A DNA stretch of 64,000 nucleotides from an uncultured candidatus Porisulfidus sp. (GTDB lineage Bacteria; Pseudomonadota; Gammaproteobacteria; Poriferisulfidales; Poriferisulfidaceae), in contig CBDASZ010000002.1 in NCBI GenBank assembly GCA_965199755.1, positions 1-64,000 on the forward strand, in the 5' to 3' direction. The notes beneath the pieces were generated by a model. That model made no database searches and had not been told where the DNA came from. It saw nothing but the letters and a program-made list of their open reading frames with translations. The position numbers and the translations under genes are program-made. Positions 56,104 to 64,000 of this stretch are shown here, piece by piece. Each line of letters opens with the position of its first letter. The stretch's first letter is position 1.

Positions 56104-56325
56104 CTAGACGCGCACTATGCGTCGGGGAGCGCTCAAAGAACAGGAAGCAACAGATCCCACCGAGCGGCGGAATCCGCAAGTTCGCGTAGGGGTTAATCTG
56201 CCAGAAAGGCTAGAGTAAGTGCAACGGGGGTGCTCCCCCTCAAAATGTCTTGGCATCGTAATGTTGTCTACATTACTAGGGCTACCAGTCGTTACCAGAA
56301 CAAATCACCTTCACCACTTTTCCAC

Positions 56326-58434
56326 CTACACTGTCCCCAAATGGCGCGCCTCCCCTAGCCAGCGCTGAGTGATCGCATCCACCGCTTCTGGTGCCTGCTG
56401 TAAAAATTCCCGCGCCAGCGCCCCGACCTGCCGCAGTTGCTGCTCATCGCGCGTCAGATCGGCAACGCGAAAGACCATCTCACCTGCCTGCTGCGCTCCC
56501 AGCAACTGACCCGGACCACGCAGACGCAGGTCTTCGCGGGCAATGGCGAACCCATCGTTGCTCTCGCGCATGATTCGAATGCGCCTTCGCGCATTTTCGG
56601 TCAAAGGCGGCTTGTACAGCATCACGCAATTGCTCTGCCGGGTGCTGCGCCCGATACGCCCGCGCAACTGATGCAGTTGCGCCAGCCCCAAACGCTCCGC
56701 ATTTTCAATCACCATTAAAGAAGCACTCGGCACGTCCACACCAACCTCAATAACCGTCGTCGCTACCAGCAACTGCACCCCGCCACTCTTGAAGCGCTCA
56801 ATGGCTCGCTCCTTGTCCGCTGCCTTCATACGTCCATGCACCAGACCGATCTCCAGATCCGGCAGATCTTCGGTCAATCTGGCCCAGGAACTCTCCGCCG
56901 CCTCACACTGCAACACTTCAGAATCCTCAACCAGCGTGCAGACCCAGTACGCTTGCTGTCCGCCTAGACAGGCTTTTCGGATGCGCTGCATCAATTCCTC
57001 TCGCTTGTCTTCCGGCATCGCTACCGTGGTGACCGGTTTGCGCCCCGGCGGCAGCTCATCCAGAATTGAAGCTTCCAACTCTCCATACACAACCATGGCA
57101 AGACTGCGCGGGATCGGCGTGGCCGTCATGATGAGCTGGTGCGGCCACACCCCGTCCTGCACACCCTTGCGCTTGAGTTCCATACGCTGGTGTACGCCAA
57201 ACCGATGCTGCTCATCGATGATCAGCAAGCCCAGCCGGTCGAACTCCACACCTTTTTGAATTAGCGCATGCGTGCCGACCACCACCGGAATTTTGTGATC
57301 CTGAATCTGCTGGTATAGCGCTGTCTTCTGTGCGCGCGTCTGCGCGCTTGACAGCAACGCCACCTCAATCTCCATGGGCCGCAACCATTCCTGAAAACAG
57401 CGATAGTGCTGCTCCGCCAGCAACTCAGTCGGAGCCATAATAGCAACCTGCATACCAGAATCCACCGCGCACAAGGCCGCTGCCGCCGCCACCACTGTCT
57501 TGCCGGAACCGACGTCGCCTTGCAGCAGACGCATCATCGGCTGCTCCAGTGACATGTCCTGACGAATCTCGCTCACCACACGCTGCTGCGCCTCCGTAAA
57601 CGTAAACGGCAACCGCTCCTGAAACTGCTGGACCAGTGCCTCGCCCCCTGTAATCGCTGTCGCCGGGCGCTTGAACGCCCGCTCGCGAACACGTGCGAAC
57701 GCCAGATTGTAGGCGGCCAACTCTTCCATGATCAGACGCCGACGGAACAAGTTCGTATCTGACAAGATCGTCGCCACATCGATGCCGCGCGGCGGCGCAT
57801 GAAGGTGCTGTAAGGCTTCCATAAAGTGCGGCAACCCTTCACGGGAGAACAACTCCTCCCACAACGAATGCTCCAGTATGCCGCGATTTTCTTGCGCCCA
57901 GTCAAGCCCCCGCTCAATCAGTTTGCGCAGAGAGACTTGCGCCAAACCGGAAGTCACCGAATACACTGGTGTTAGACGCTCTTCCTTCTGCGGCTCGCTG
58001 TCGCTATCGAGAATGTCGTAGTCAGGATGAAACATGCGCAACTTGCGGCCATACAACTTGACTTCACCAAAGGCGCGCACCATCGCGCCTTCGACCAGTT
58101 GATCCTGCTGAAACCGGTTGAAGCGCATGAATAACAATTCCAGCGTCGCGCCTGAATCATCTTCCAGCAGCACGCGCAGGCGGCGGCCGCGATAAGTTTC
58201 GACTCGCGCCGCGCTGACAAACCCCATGACGCTGCATCTCTGCTCCGGCAGTAACTCATTCAGAGGAACAATGCGTGTGCGGTCCTCGTAGTTGCGCGGC
58301 AGATGCAGCAGCAGATGATCAATGCGGTGAATACCGAGCCGCGCCAGTTTCTCTTCTACGCGCGGCCCCACGCCAGAAAGCGCCCGCAATGCGGCCTGAG
58401 CCGGATCGGGCTGCGCGGGATTTTCTCGCGCCAT
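56326..58434 (-). CDS. recG: ATP-dependent DNA helicase RecG
   Basis: LQGDVGSGKT, APTELLAEQH, DEQHRFGV, MTATPIPR, QLHQLRGRIGR, DLRLRGPG. Confidence 0.98.
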   Translation of the reverse strand: MARENPAQPDPAQAALRALSGVGPRVEEKLARLGIHRIDHLLLHLPRNYEDRTRIVPLNELLPEQRCSVMGFVSAARVETYRGRRLRVLLEDDSGATLELLFMRFNRFQQDQLVEGAMVRAFGEVKLYGRKLRMFHPDYDILDSDSEPQKEERLTPVYSVTSGLAQVSLRKLIERGLDWAQENRGILEHSLWEELFSREGLPHFMEALQHLHAPPRGIDVATILSDTNLFRRRLIMEELAAYNLAFARVRERAFKRPATAITGGEALVQQFQERLPFTFTEAQQRVVSEIRQDMSLEQPMMRLLQGDVGSGKTVVAAAAALCAVDSGMQVAIMAPTELLAEQHYRCFQEWLRPMEIEVALLSSAQTRAQKTALYQQIQDHKIPVVVGTHALIQKGVEFDRLGLLIIDEQHRFGVHQRMELKRKGVQDGVWPHQLIMTATPIPRSLAMVVYGELEASILDELPPGRKPVTTVAMPEDKREELMQRIRKACLGGQQAYWVCTLVEDSEVLQCEAAESSWARLTEDLPDLEIGLVHGRMKAADKERAIERFKSGGVQLLVATTVIEVGVDVPSASLMVIENAERLGLAQLHQLRGRIGRSTRQSNCVMLYKPPLTENARRRIRIMRESNDGFAIAREDLRLRGPGQLLGAQQAGEMVFRVADLTRDEQQLRQVGALAREFLQQAPEAVDAITQRWLGEARHLGTV

Positions 58435-58442
58435 TGCGGCGA

Positions 58443-58829
58443 TTAGTCTTGGCGATTCAGAATCGCATCCATCTCCACCATCGCCCCCTTGGGCAAGGCC
58501 GCCACGCCGATGGCAGCGCGTGCAGGATAAGGTTGCGAGAAATACGTTTCCATGATTTCATTTACCAAAGAAAAGTGCTCCAGATCAACAAGATAGACTG
58601 TTAACTTGAGGCAGTCATCGAGTCCGGTACCTGCGGCTTTTGCCACCGCTACCAGGTTATCGAAAACCTGCGTGATCTGCGCACGCATGTCCGGGCCGAC
58701 CAACTCCATGGTGGCTGGATCAAGCGGAATCTGGCCGGACAAAAAAATCAGGGAATCAGTTTTGATGGCTTGCGAGTAGACACCGATGGCGGCAGGTGCC
58801 TCCGAGGTCTCGATGGGAATTCGCGACAT
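58443..58829 (-). CDS. RidA/YjgF family enamine deaminase
   Basis: APAAIG.YSQA, SGQIPLDP, PYPARA, LPKGA.VE. Confidence 0.93.
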   Translation of the reverse strand: MSRIPIETSEAPAAIGVYSQAIKTDSLIFLSGQIPLDPATMELVGPDMRAQITQVFDNLVAVAKAAGTGLDDCLKLTVYLVDLEHFSLVNEIMETYFSQPYPARAAIGVAALPKGAMVEMDAILNRQD

Positions 58830-58880
58830 GATCAGGCGGGCATTGCAAAAGGCAGCCTTATCTTACGCAACGGGCAACTT

Positions 58881-61070
58881 TTAGCCTGACAAACGCTCGA
58901 CCTTGCGGACATCTGGCAGCCGACGAATGGCCTTGATCAGGCTCGCAAGGTGTGCGCGGTCACGCACATTCAAAATAAAACCCAGACTGGTGGTGCTGCC
59001 CTGCGCCTCTTCCAGTTCCACGCCATCAATATTGCTGTCCTGTGCTGCGATCGCGGCAGCGATCTGTGCCAGCAGTCCGCGCCGGTTATTGGTCGACACC
59101 CGAATCGCGACTGAATACTCGCCTTCCACCGTATCCGCCCACTTGAATGGAATCCACTGCCCGGACGTCTTGTTGCGACGCCCGCTGATATTGCGGCAGT
59201 CCCCGCGATGAATCACCAGCCCGTGCCCAATTGAGGTCATGCCCACCACGGCATCGCCTGGGATTGGGCGGCAGCATTTGGAGAAACTCACCGCCATGCC
59301 TTCGGTACCCACCAGCGCGACAACGGGTGCTTTCTCCTGACGCCGCAGGACACGTTTCCACCAGGCGGGGGAACCTTGAGGGAATGTCGCTCCCCCAGCC
59401 AGATGATGCGCGGCAATCGGTGCCATGATGCGCCCCAGCCCAATATCGCAGAACAACTGCTCCTCATCCGCGAGGCCCATGGTCTTGAGCGCTTGTGTGA
59501 TTTGTTCAGCAGGCACATCGGTGAAGTTCAGATCAAAGCGAGCCAGCGCTCGGTCCAGCAACCTCTGACCCAATGCCGCCGCCTGTTCTTCTTTCAGGCC
59601 CTTCAGATACTGGCGAATTGCGGTTCGCGCCTTCGCAGTGACTGCGAAATCCAGCCACGCCGCAGTTGGCTTGCCATGCGCGGCCGTAATGGCTTCGACC
59701 ATTTGTCCACTGGACAGTTCGCTTGACAATGGCATTGACACGCGATCAATCTTGACGCCGACGCAGGTATCACCGACATCCGAGTGTACGGCGTAGGCAA
59801 AATCCAGTGCCGTAGCGCCATGCGGCAGGCGCAGAATATCCCCTTTCGGTGTGAACACATACACCTCATGCGGGAACAAATCGACCTTGACCTGCTCCAG
59901 AAACTCCAGTGAGTCCGGTGCCGTGCGCTGCAGATCCTCAACATTCTGCAACCAGCGCGCCGCATGCGCAGGCAAGGCCAGTTCAGCGGCATCCTTGTAC
60001 TTCCAATGCGCTGCGACCCCACTTTCGGCGACCCGCTCCATGTCATCGGTGCGTACCTGTAACTCCAGCGGCACTGCTCCCGGCCCGTGCAAAGCGGTAT
60101 GCAGCGACTGGTAGCCATTCGCCTTGGGGATGGCGATGTAATCCTTGAACTTGCCCGGTATCGGCTTGTACAGACTGTGCGCGACACCCAGTGCGCGATA
60201 GCACTCATCCACCGTCCCCACGATGACCCGAAAGCCGAACACGTCATACACCTCGCTGAAGGTACAACGCTTGTCGCGCATCTTGCAGTAAATGCTGTAG
60301 GCGCTTTTCTCGCGGCTTTCCACCTGCGCCTCAATATTGCGAAAACGCAAGTTGTCGAGCAGGTTGCTCCGCGCCTGCTCCATCTGGTTGCGCTGCCGCT
60401 TGCGTTGACTTTCCATCGCTCGACTCAAAACCTGACTGCGCAGTGGGTACATGGCCTCAAACGCACGGCTTTCCAGCTCTTGACACACCGTATTCATGCC
60501 CAGACGCCGTGCGATAGGCACATAGACATCCAGCGTTTCAGTCGCGATTCGCTGGCGCTTTTGTAGTGGCAATACGGACAGGGTGCGCACGTTGTGCAAG
60601 CGATCCGCGAGTTTCACCAGAATCACGCGAATATCGCGCACCGTCGCCAGCATCATCTTGCTGAAGTTGGCGGCCTGCGCTTCGCCGCGCGACAACCCGC
60701 CGATGAGTGTTAATTTGCTGACGCCCTCGACCAGATGGGCTACATCCTCGCCAAACCGTGTGCCGATCTGCTCCTGCGCGGTCAACGTATCCTCGATGAC
60801 ATCATGCAGCAAAGCCGCGATGATGGTGTCGGCATCCAGATGTAATTCCGCCAGAGTCTCCGCGACCGCAAGCGGGTGCGTGATGTAAGGTTCGCCAGTG
60901 TAGCGACGCTGATCGCCGTGGCGTTCAGAACTGAACAGGAAGGCGCGGTAGATGCGCTGGATCTGCTCCAGATCCAGATAGCGTTCAAGTTGTTCGTGCA
61001 GGCGTCTAAAGCCTGTCGGGCCGGAAAATTCCGGGGCGGACTCTACAGCCGCTTCAAGAGCGACAGCCAT
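58881..61070 (-). CDS. spoT: Bifunctional (p)ppGpp synthetase/hydrolase
   Basis: GEPYITHP, LLHDVIED (HD intact), KLADRLHN, KDYIAIPK.NGYQSLHT, TGS and ACT domains. Confidence 0.96.
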   Translation of the reverse strand: MAVALEAAVESAPEFSGPTGFRRLHEQLERYLDLEQIQRIYRAFLFSSERHGDQRRYTGEPYITHPLAVAETLAELHLDADTIIAALLHDVIEDTLTAQEQIGTRFGEDVAHLVEGVSKLTLIGGLSRGEAQAANFSKMMLATVRDIRVILVKLADRLHNVRTLSVLPLQKRQRIATETLDVYVPIARRLGMNTVCQELESRAFEAMYPLRSQVLSRAMESQRKRQRNQMEQARSNLLDNLRFRNIEAQVESREKSAYSIYCKMRDKRCTFSEVYDVFGFRVIVGTVDECYRALGVAHSLYKPIPGKFKDYIAIPKANGYQSLHTALHGPGAVPLELQVRTDDMERVAESGVAAHWKYKDAAELALPAHAARWLQNVEDLQRTAPDSLEFLEQVKVDLFPHEVYVFTPKGDILRLPHGATALDFAYAVHSDVGDTCVGVKIDRVSMPLSSELSSGQMVEAITAAHGKPTAAWLDFAVTAKARTAIRQYLKGLKEEQAAALGQRLLDRALARFDLNFTDVPAEQITQALKTMGLADEEQLFCDIGLGRIMAPIAAHHLAGGATFPQGSPAWWKRVLRRQEKAPVVALVGTEGMAVSFSKCCRPIPGDAVVGMTSIGHGLVIHRGDCRNISGRRNKTSGQWIPFKWADTVEGEYSVAIRVSTNNRRGLLAQIAAAIAAQDSNIDGVELEEAQGSTTSLGFILNVRDRAHLASLIKAIRRLPDVRKVERLSG

Positions 61071-61091
61071 AACTCCGGCAGCCCTCGATGA

Positions 61092-61529
61092 TCACGCCGC
61101 AGCCGGCTTGCCCTCATCCGGTTCTGCAGCAGCCTCGGCCGGCTCAGCCGGCGTCTCATCCTCCGGCGCGTCCGCGGCCGGTTCGCCCTCTAACGCCACC
61201 GCTTCCTCGTCCAAAACTTCTTCCAAGTCGTCCCCTTTCTGCTCCGGCAGGGTTTCCGGCTTGGTCTCAGCAACCTCGCGGTGCAGTTTGTCAAGATCCG
61301 AAACCTGGTCTTCAGCATCCACCGGAATCTGCGGCTGATTCAGGATGTCTTCAGTGATTTTGCCCGCGGCAATCTCGCGCAAGGCCAATACCGTCGGCTT
61401 GTCATCATCCCACGGTAGTAATTCGGCCGCGCCATTTTTGAGCTGGTGCGCCCGACGCGATGCCGCTAGCACCAGGTCGAAACGGTTTTCGATCTGCTCC
61501 AGACAGTCTTCAACAGTAATACGTGCCAT
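61092..61529 (-). CDS. rpoZ: RNA polymerase omega subunit with acidic tail
   Basis: [29 protein letters not shown]. Confidence 0.96.
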   Translation of the reverse strand: MARITVEDCLEQIENRFDLVLAASRRAHQLKNGAAELLPWDDDKPTVLALREIAAGKITEDILNQPQIPVDAEDQVSDLDKLHREVAETKPETLPEQKGDDLEEVLDEEAVALEGEPAADAPEDETPAEPAEAAAEPDEGKPAAA

Positions 61530-61606
61530 GAATCAATGATAAGGGCTTGAACAGGGGCGCAATTATACCAGAGGTGCCTTGTCATTGTGCGATAATAGCC
61601 CGTTTC

Positions 61607-61683
61607 GGCTATGTAGCTCAGCTGGTTAGAGCGTGGCACTCATAATGCCAAGGTCGGTGGTTCGAGTCCACCCATAGCCACCA
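61607..61683 (+). tRNA. tRNA-Met(CAT), elongator type
   Basis: GGCTATG...CATAGCCACCA with anticodon loop CTCATAA and TTCGAG T-loop. G1-C72 is paired, so not initiator. Confidence 0.93.
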
Positions 61684-61981
61684 TCCCTCTCTTGCTGCGG
61701 AAAGCCTCCCCATAAAAGCCTTGTAATCTTCTCGTTTCGCACAAAAACCCAGCAACCTAAAATGGGCTAATATAAGGATCATATTGTTTTTATTATGATT
61801 GGTCGATTTTACCCTACTGGTTTGGCACTTACTTTCTAAATAAGATTCACGCACAGAAGGACAAGTACCGAGCATCCTCTCTGGAAGAGCTGGGTCGCTT
61901 AACCGGCTTGATTAGGTTGTTATTCGGTAGTTGCAGCAATCCCCTGTGAGACGGGCGCGCTACCTCCGTACGGACTCATAA

Positions 61982-62140
61982 CTAGTACCTTTTGCGCCCC
62001 AACGCCAACACGAAAATCCAGCCCAGCAGCGGACTCAGCAGGAACGAGAAGAAGAACCAACCCCAACCGCTTCGGTTGTAACGGTTGGCAAATATCCCCA
62101 CCGCAATGGACAAGGGAATCCAAAGGAACAGAATTTCCAT
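61982..62140 (-). CDS. Small 52-aa two-TM membrane protein (below the ORF-track cutoff)
   Basis: MEILFLWIPLSIAVGIFANRYNRSGWGWFFFSFLLSPLLGWIFVLALGRKRY*. Confidence 0.7.
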   Translation of the reverse strand: MEILFLWIPLSIAVGIFANRYNRSGWGWFFFSFLLSPLLGWIFVLALGRKRY

Positions 62141-62331
62141 TTAACGCAAGATTTATTCGTTACTCTCCATTATACGAATGATCTGAAAACTGACTTCAAA
62201 GCTCGCCCTGCACTGTCAAATTTCACCTCTTTTCAGACTGCATCAGAGACTCCCGAAAATGCCACATTTGCTACAATTCGTCTGACGCATTCGCGCTCGC
62301 AAAATTCCCGCCGTACGCCCCCCTTCTACTG

Positions 62332-64000
62332 ATGCAAGAAAACCCTAAGCCCACTGCTGAAATTCTGCCTATAACGATCGAAGACGAGATGCGTCAGTCG
62401 TATCTCGACTATGCCATGAGCGTGATCATCGGACGTGCGTTACCTGACGTCCGCGACGGCCTCAAACCTGTGCAGCGGCGAGTGCTTTACGCCATGCACG
62501 AACTCGGCAATCATTCTGACAAGCCATACAAGAAGTCCGCCCGCATCGTCGGCGATGTAATCGGCAAATACCATCCGCACGGCGACTCTGCAGCATACGA
62601 AACCATGGTGCGCATGGCGCAACCGTTCTCACTGCGGCACGTGCTGATTGACGGCCAAGGCAACTTCGGTTCGGTGGACGGCGACGCGCCGGCGGCCATG
62701 CGCTATACCGAGGTGCGCCTCGCACCCATCGCACATGAAATGCTCGCCGATCTTGAGCGCGAGACGGTTGATTTCATGCCGAACTATGACGGCAACGAAC
62801 AGGAGCCGTGCGTGTTGCCGACACGCATCCCCAATCTGCTGGTCAATGGTGCCACCGGCATTGCCGTCGCGATGGCCACCAGCATCCCGCCGCACAACCT
62901 TGGTGAAGTGGTGCGCGCCTGCGTAGCATTAATCGACGACCCGAATCTGGACATGGACGGCTTAATGGAGCATTTGCCTGGACCGGACTTCCCGACCGCG
63001 GCGCTAATGAATCGCAATGGCATTCGTGAAGCTTATGAGACTGGCCGTGGCCGTGTACTGCAACGCGCCCGCGTGGATGTGGAGAGCGACAGCAAGGGTC
63101 GAGAGACACTGATCGTCACGGAACTTCCCTACTACGTCAACAAGGCGCGCCTGATCGAGCAGATCGCCACGCTGGTGCGCGACAAACGCCTCGACGGTAT
63201 CCGCAATCTGCGCGACGAATCAGACAAGGACGGCATGCGCATTGTCATTGAACTGCGTCAAGGCACCGACAGCGACGTGGTCTGCAACAACCTGTTCCAG
63301 AAAACACGCATGCAGCAATCTTTCAGCATCAACATGGTGGCGCTCGACGGCGGACGTCCACGGCAGATGAATCTGCACGAAATGCTCGAAGCGTTCCTCA
63401 CGCACCGCCGCGATGTGGTCACCCGGCGTACCCAGTTCGAACTGCGCGAAGCCCGTACGCGTGGACACCGACTGGAAGGCTTTGCCGTAGCACTAGCCAA
63501 CATTGATGAGGTGATTGCCTTAATCAAGGCATCCGCCGATGCCGCCACTGCCCGCGATGCGCTGATGGCGCGCCCATGGCCGCCCGGGGCGACCAAAGAA
63601 TTGCTGGAGAAAGCTGGAGCGACGGCTTCCCGCCCGGAAGACCTGCCGGCCAAGTTCGGGCCACAGAAAGACGGCTATCACCTGTCCGAAATTCAGGCGC
63701 AGGCGATTCTGGAGTTGCGCCTGCACCGCCTCACTGGTCTTGAACAAGACAAGATTCGTAACGACTACCAGGACGTGCTCGACACGATCGCGGAGCTTTA
63801 TCAGATTCTGGCAGAGCCGGAGCACATGATGCAGGTGATCCGTGATGAGTTGTGCGCCATTGACGAGCAGTACACCAACGCGCGGCGCACCGAAATCGAG
63901 GAAGGCGACTACGCGCAGGAAGACGAAGACCTGATCCCGGTAGAAGATCGGGTAGTGACACTGTCCGGGCAAGGCTACGCCAAGTCGCAATCGCCCGATG
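62332..64000 (+). CDS. gyrA: DNA gyrase subunit A (runs off the window end)
   Basis: [59 protein letters not shown]. Confidence 0.97.
   Translation, partial: MQENPKPTAEILPITIEDEMRQSYLDYAMSVIIGRALPDVRDGLKPVQRRVLYAMHELGNHSDKPYKKSARIVGDVIGKYHPHGDSAAYETMVRMAQPFSLRHVLIDGQGNFGSVDGDAPAAMRYTEVRLAPIAHEMLADLERETVDFMPNYDGNEQEPCVLPTRIPNLLVNGATGIAVAMATSIPPHNLGEVVRACVALIDDPNLDMDGLMEHLPGPDFPTAALMNRNGIREAYETGRGRVLQRARVDVESDSKGRETLIVTELPYYVNKARLIEQIATLVRDKRLDGIRNLRDESDKDGMRIVIELRQGTDSDVVCNNLFQKTRMQQSFSINMVALDGGRPRQMNLHEMLEAFLTHRRDVVTRRTQFELREARTRGHRLEGFAVALANIDEVIALIKASADAATARDALMARPWPPGATKELLEKAGATASRPEDLPAKFGPQKDGYHLSEIQAQAILELRLHRLTGLEQDKIRNDYQDVLDTIAELYQILAEPEHMMQVIRDELCAIDEQYTNARRTEIEEGDYAQEDEDLIPVEDRVVTLSGQGYAKSQSPD

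Noticed and set aside
56226-56239. GGGGG-TGCT-CCCCC hairpin as a motif shared with the poly-G upstream of the large adhesin
   Set aside because: Similarity is limited to G-runs and the flanks do not align.
62570-62610. GyrA QRDR variant (GDSAAYET) as a quinolone-resistance allele
   Set aside because: The Ser83 equivalent is retained, and Glu at the 87-equivalent position is a common natural acidic variant.

Overview
Gammaproteobacterial chromosome segment, GC-rich in the core genes. The giant Calx-beta/FN3/Ig-repeat surface proteins and shuffled operons are suggestive of a marine host-associated lineage such as a sponge symbiont (inference only). Most of the window is housekeeping genes: dapD-yffB-dapE, cysM x2, pdxJ-recO-era-rnc-lepB, thrS-infC-rpmI-rplT-pheST-ihfA-merR-tRNA-Pro, queCE, tol-pal, ruvCAB, aspS, erpA, uvrA, aceEF-lpdA, bamD, nadE, pilD-coaE-zapD, recG-ridA-spoT-rpoZ, tRNA-Met and a partial gyrA. 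Four accessory spots stand out. (1) A giant adhesin whose 567-bp tandem array folds into a 942-bp-arm palindrome (real inversion or assembly artefact). (2) An RsrI/EcoRI-type restriction-modification locus with an intact methylase and a broken endonuclease. The endonuclease carries a 36+30+36 bp repeat-spacer-repeat insertion with type II CRISPR geometry, a candidate natural off-target Cas1-Cas2 integration. This is the best lead. (3) A deletion scar joining an AAA-ATPase stub to an adhesin relic. (4) A small membrane-protein gene next to tRNA-Met. No database searches were run; family calls come from recognising motifs.
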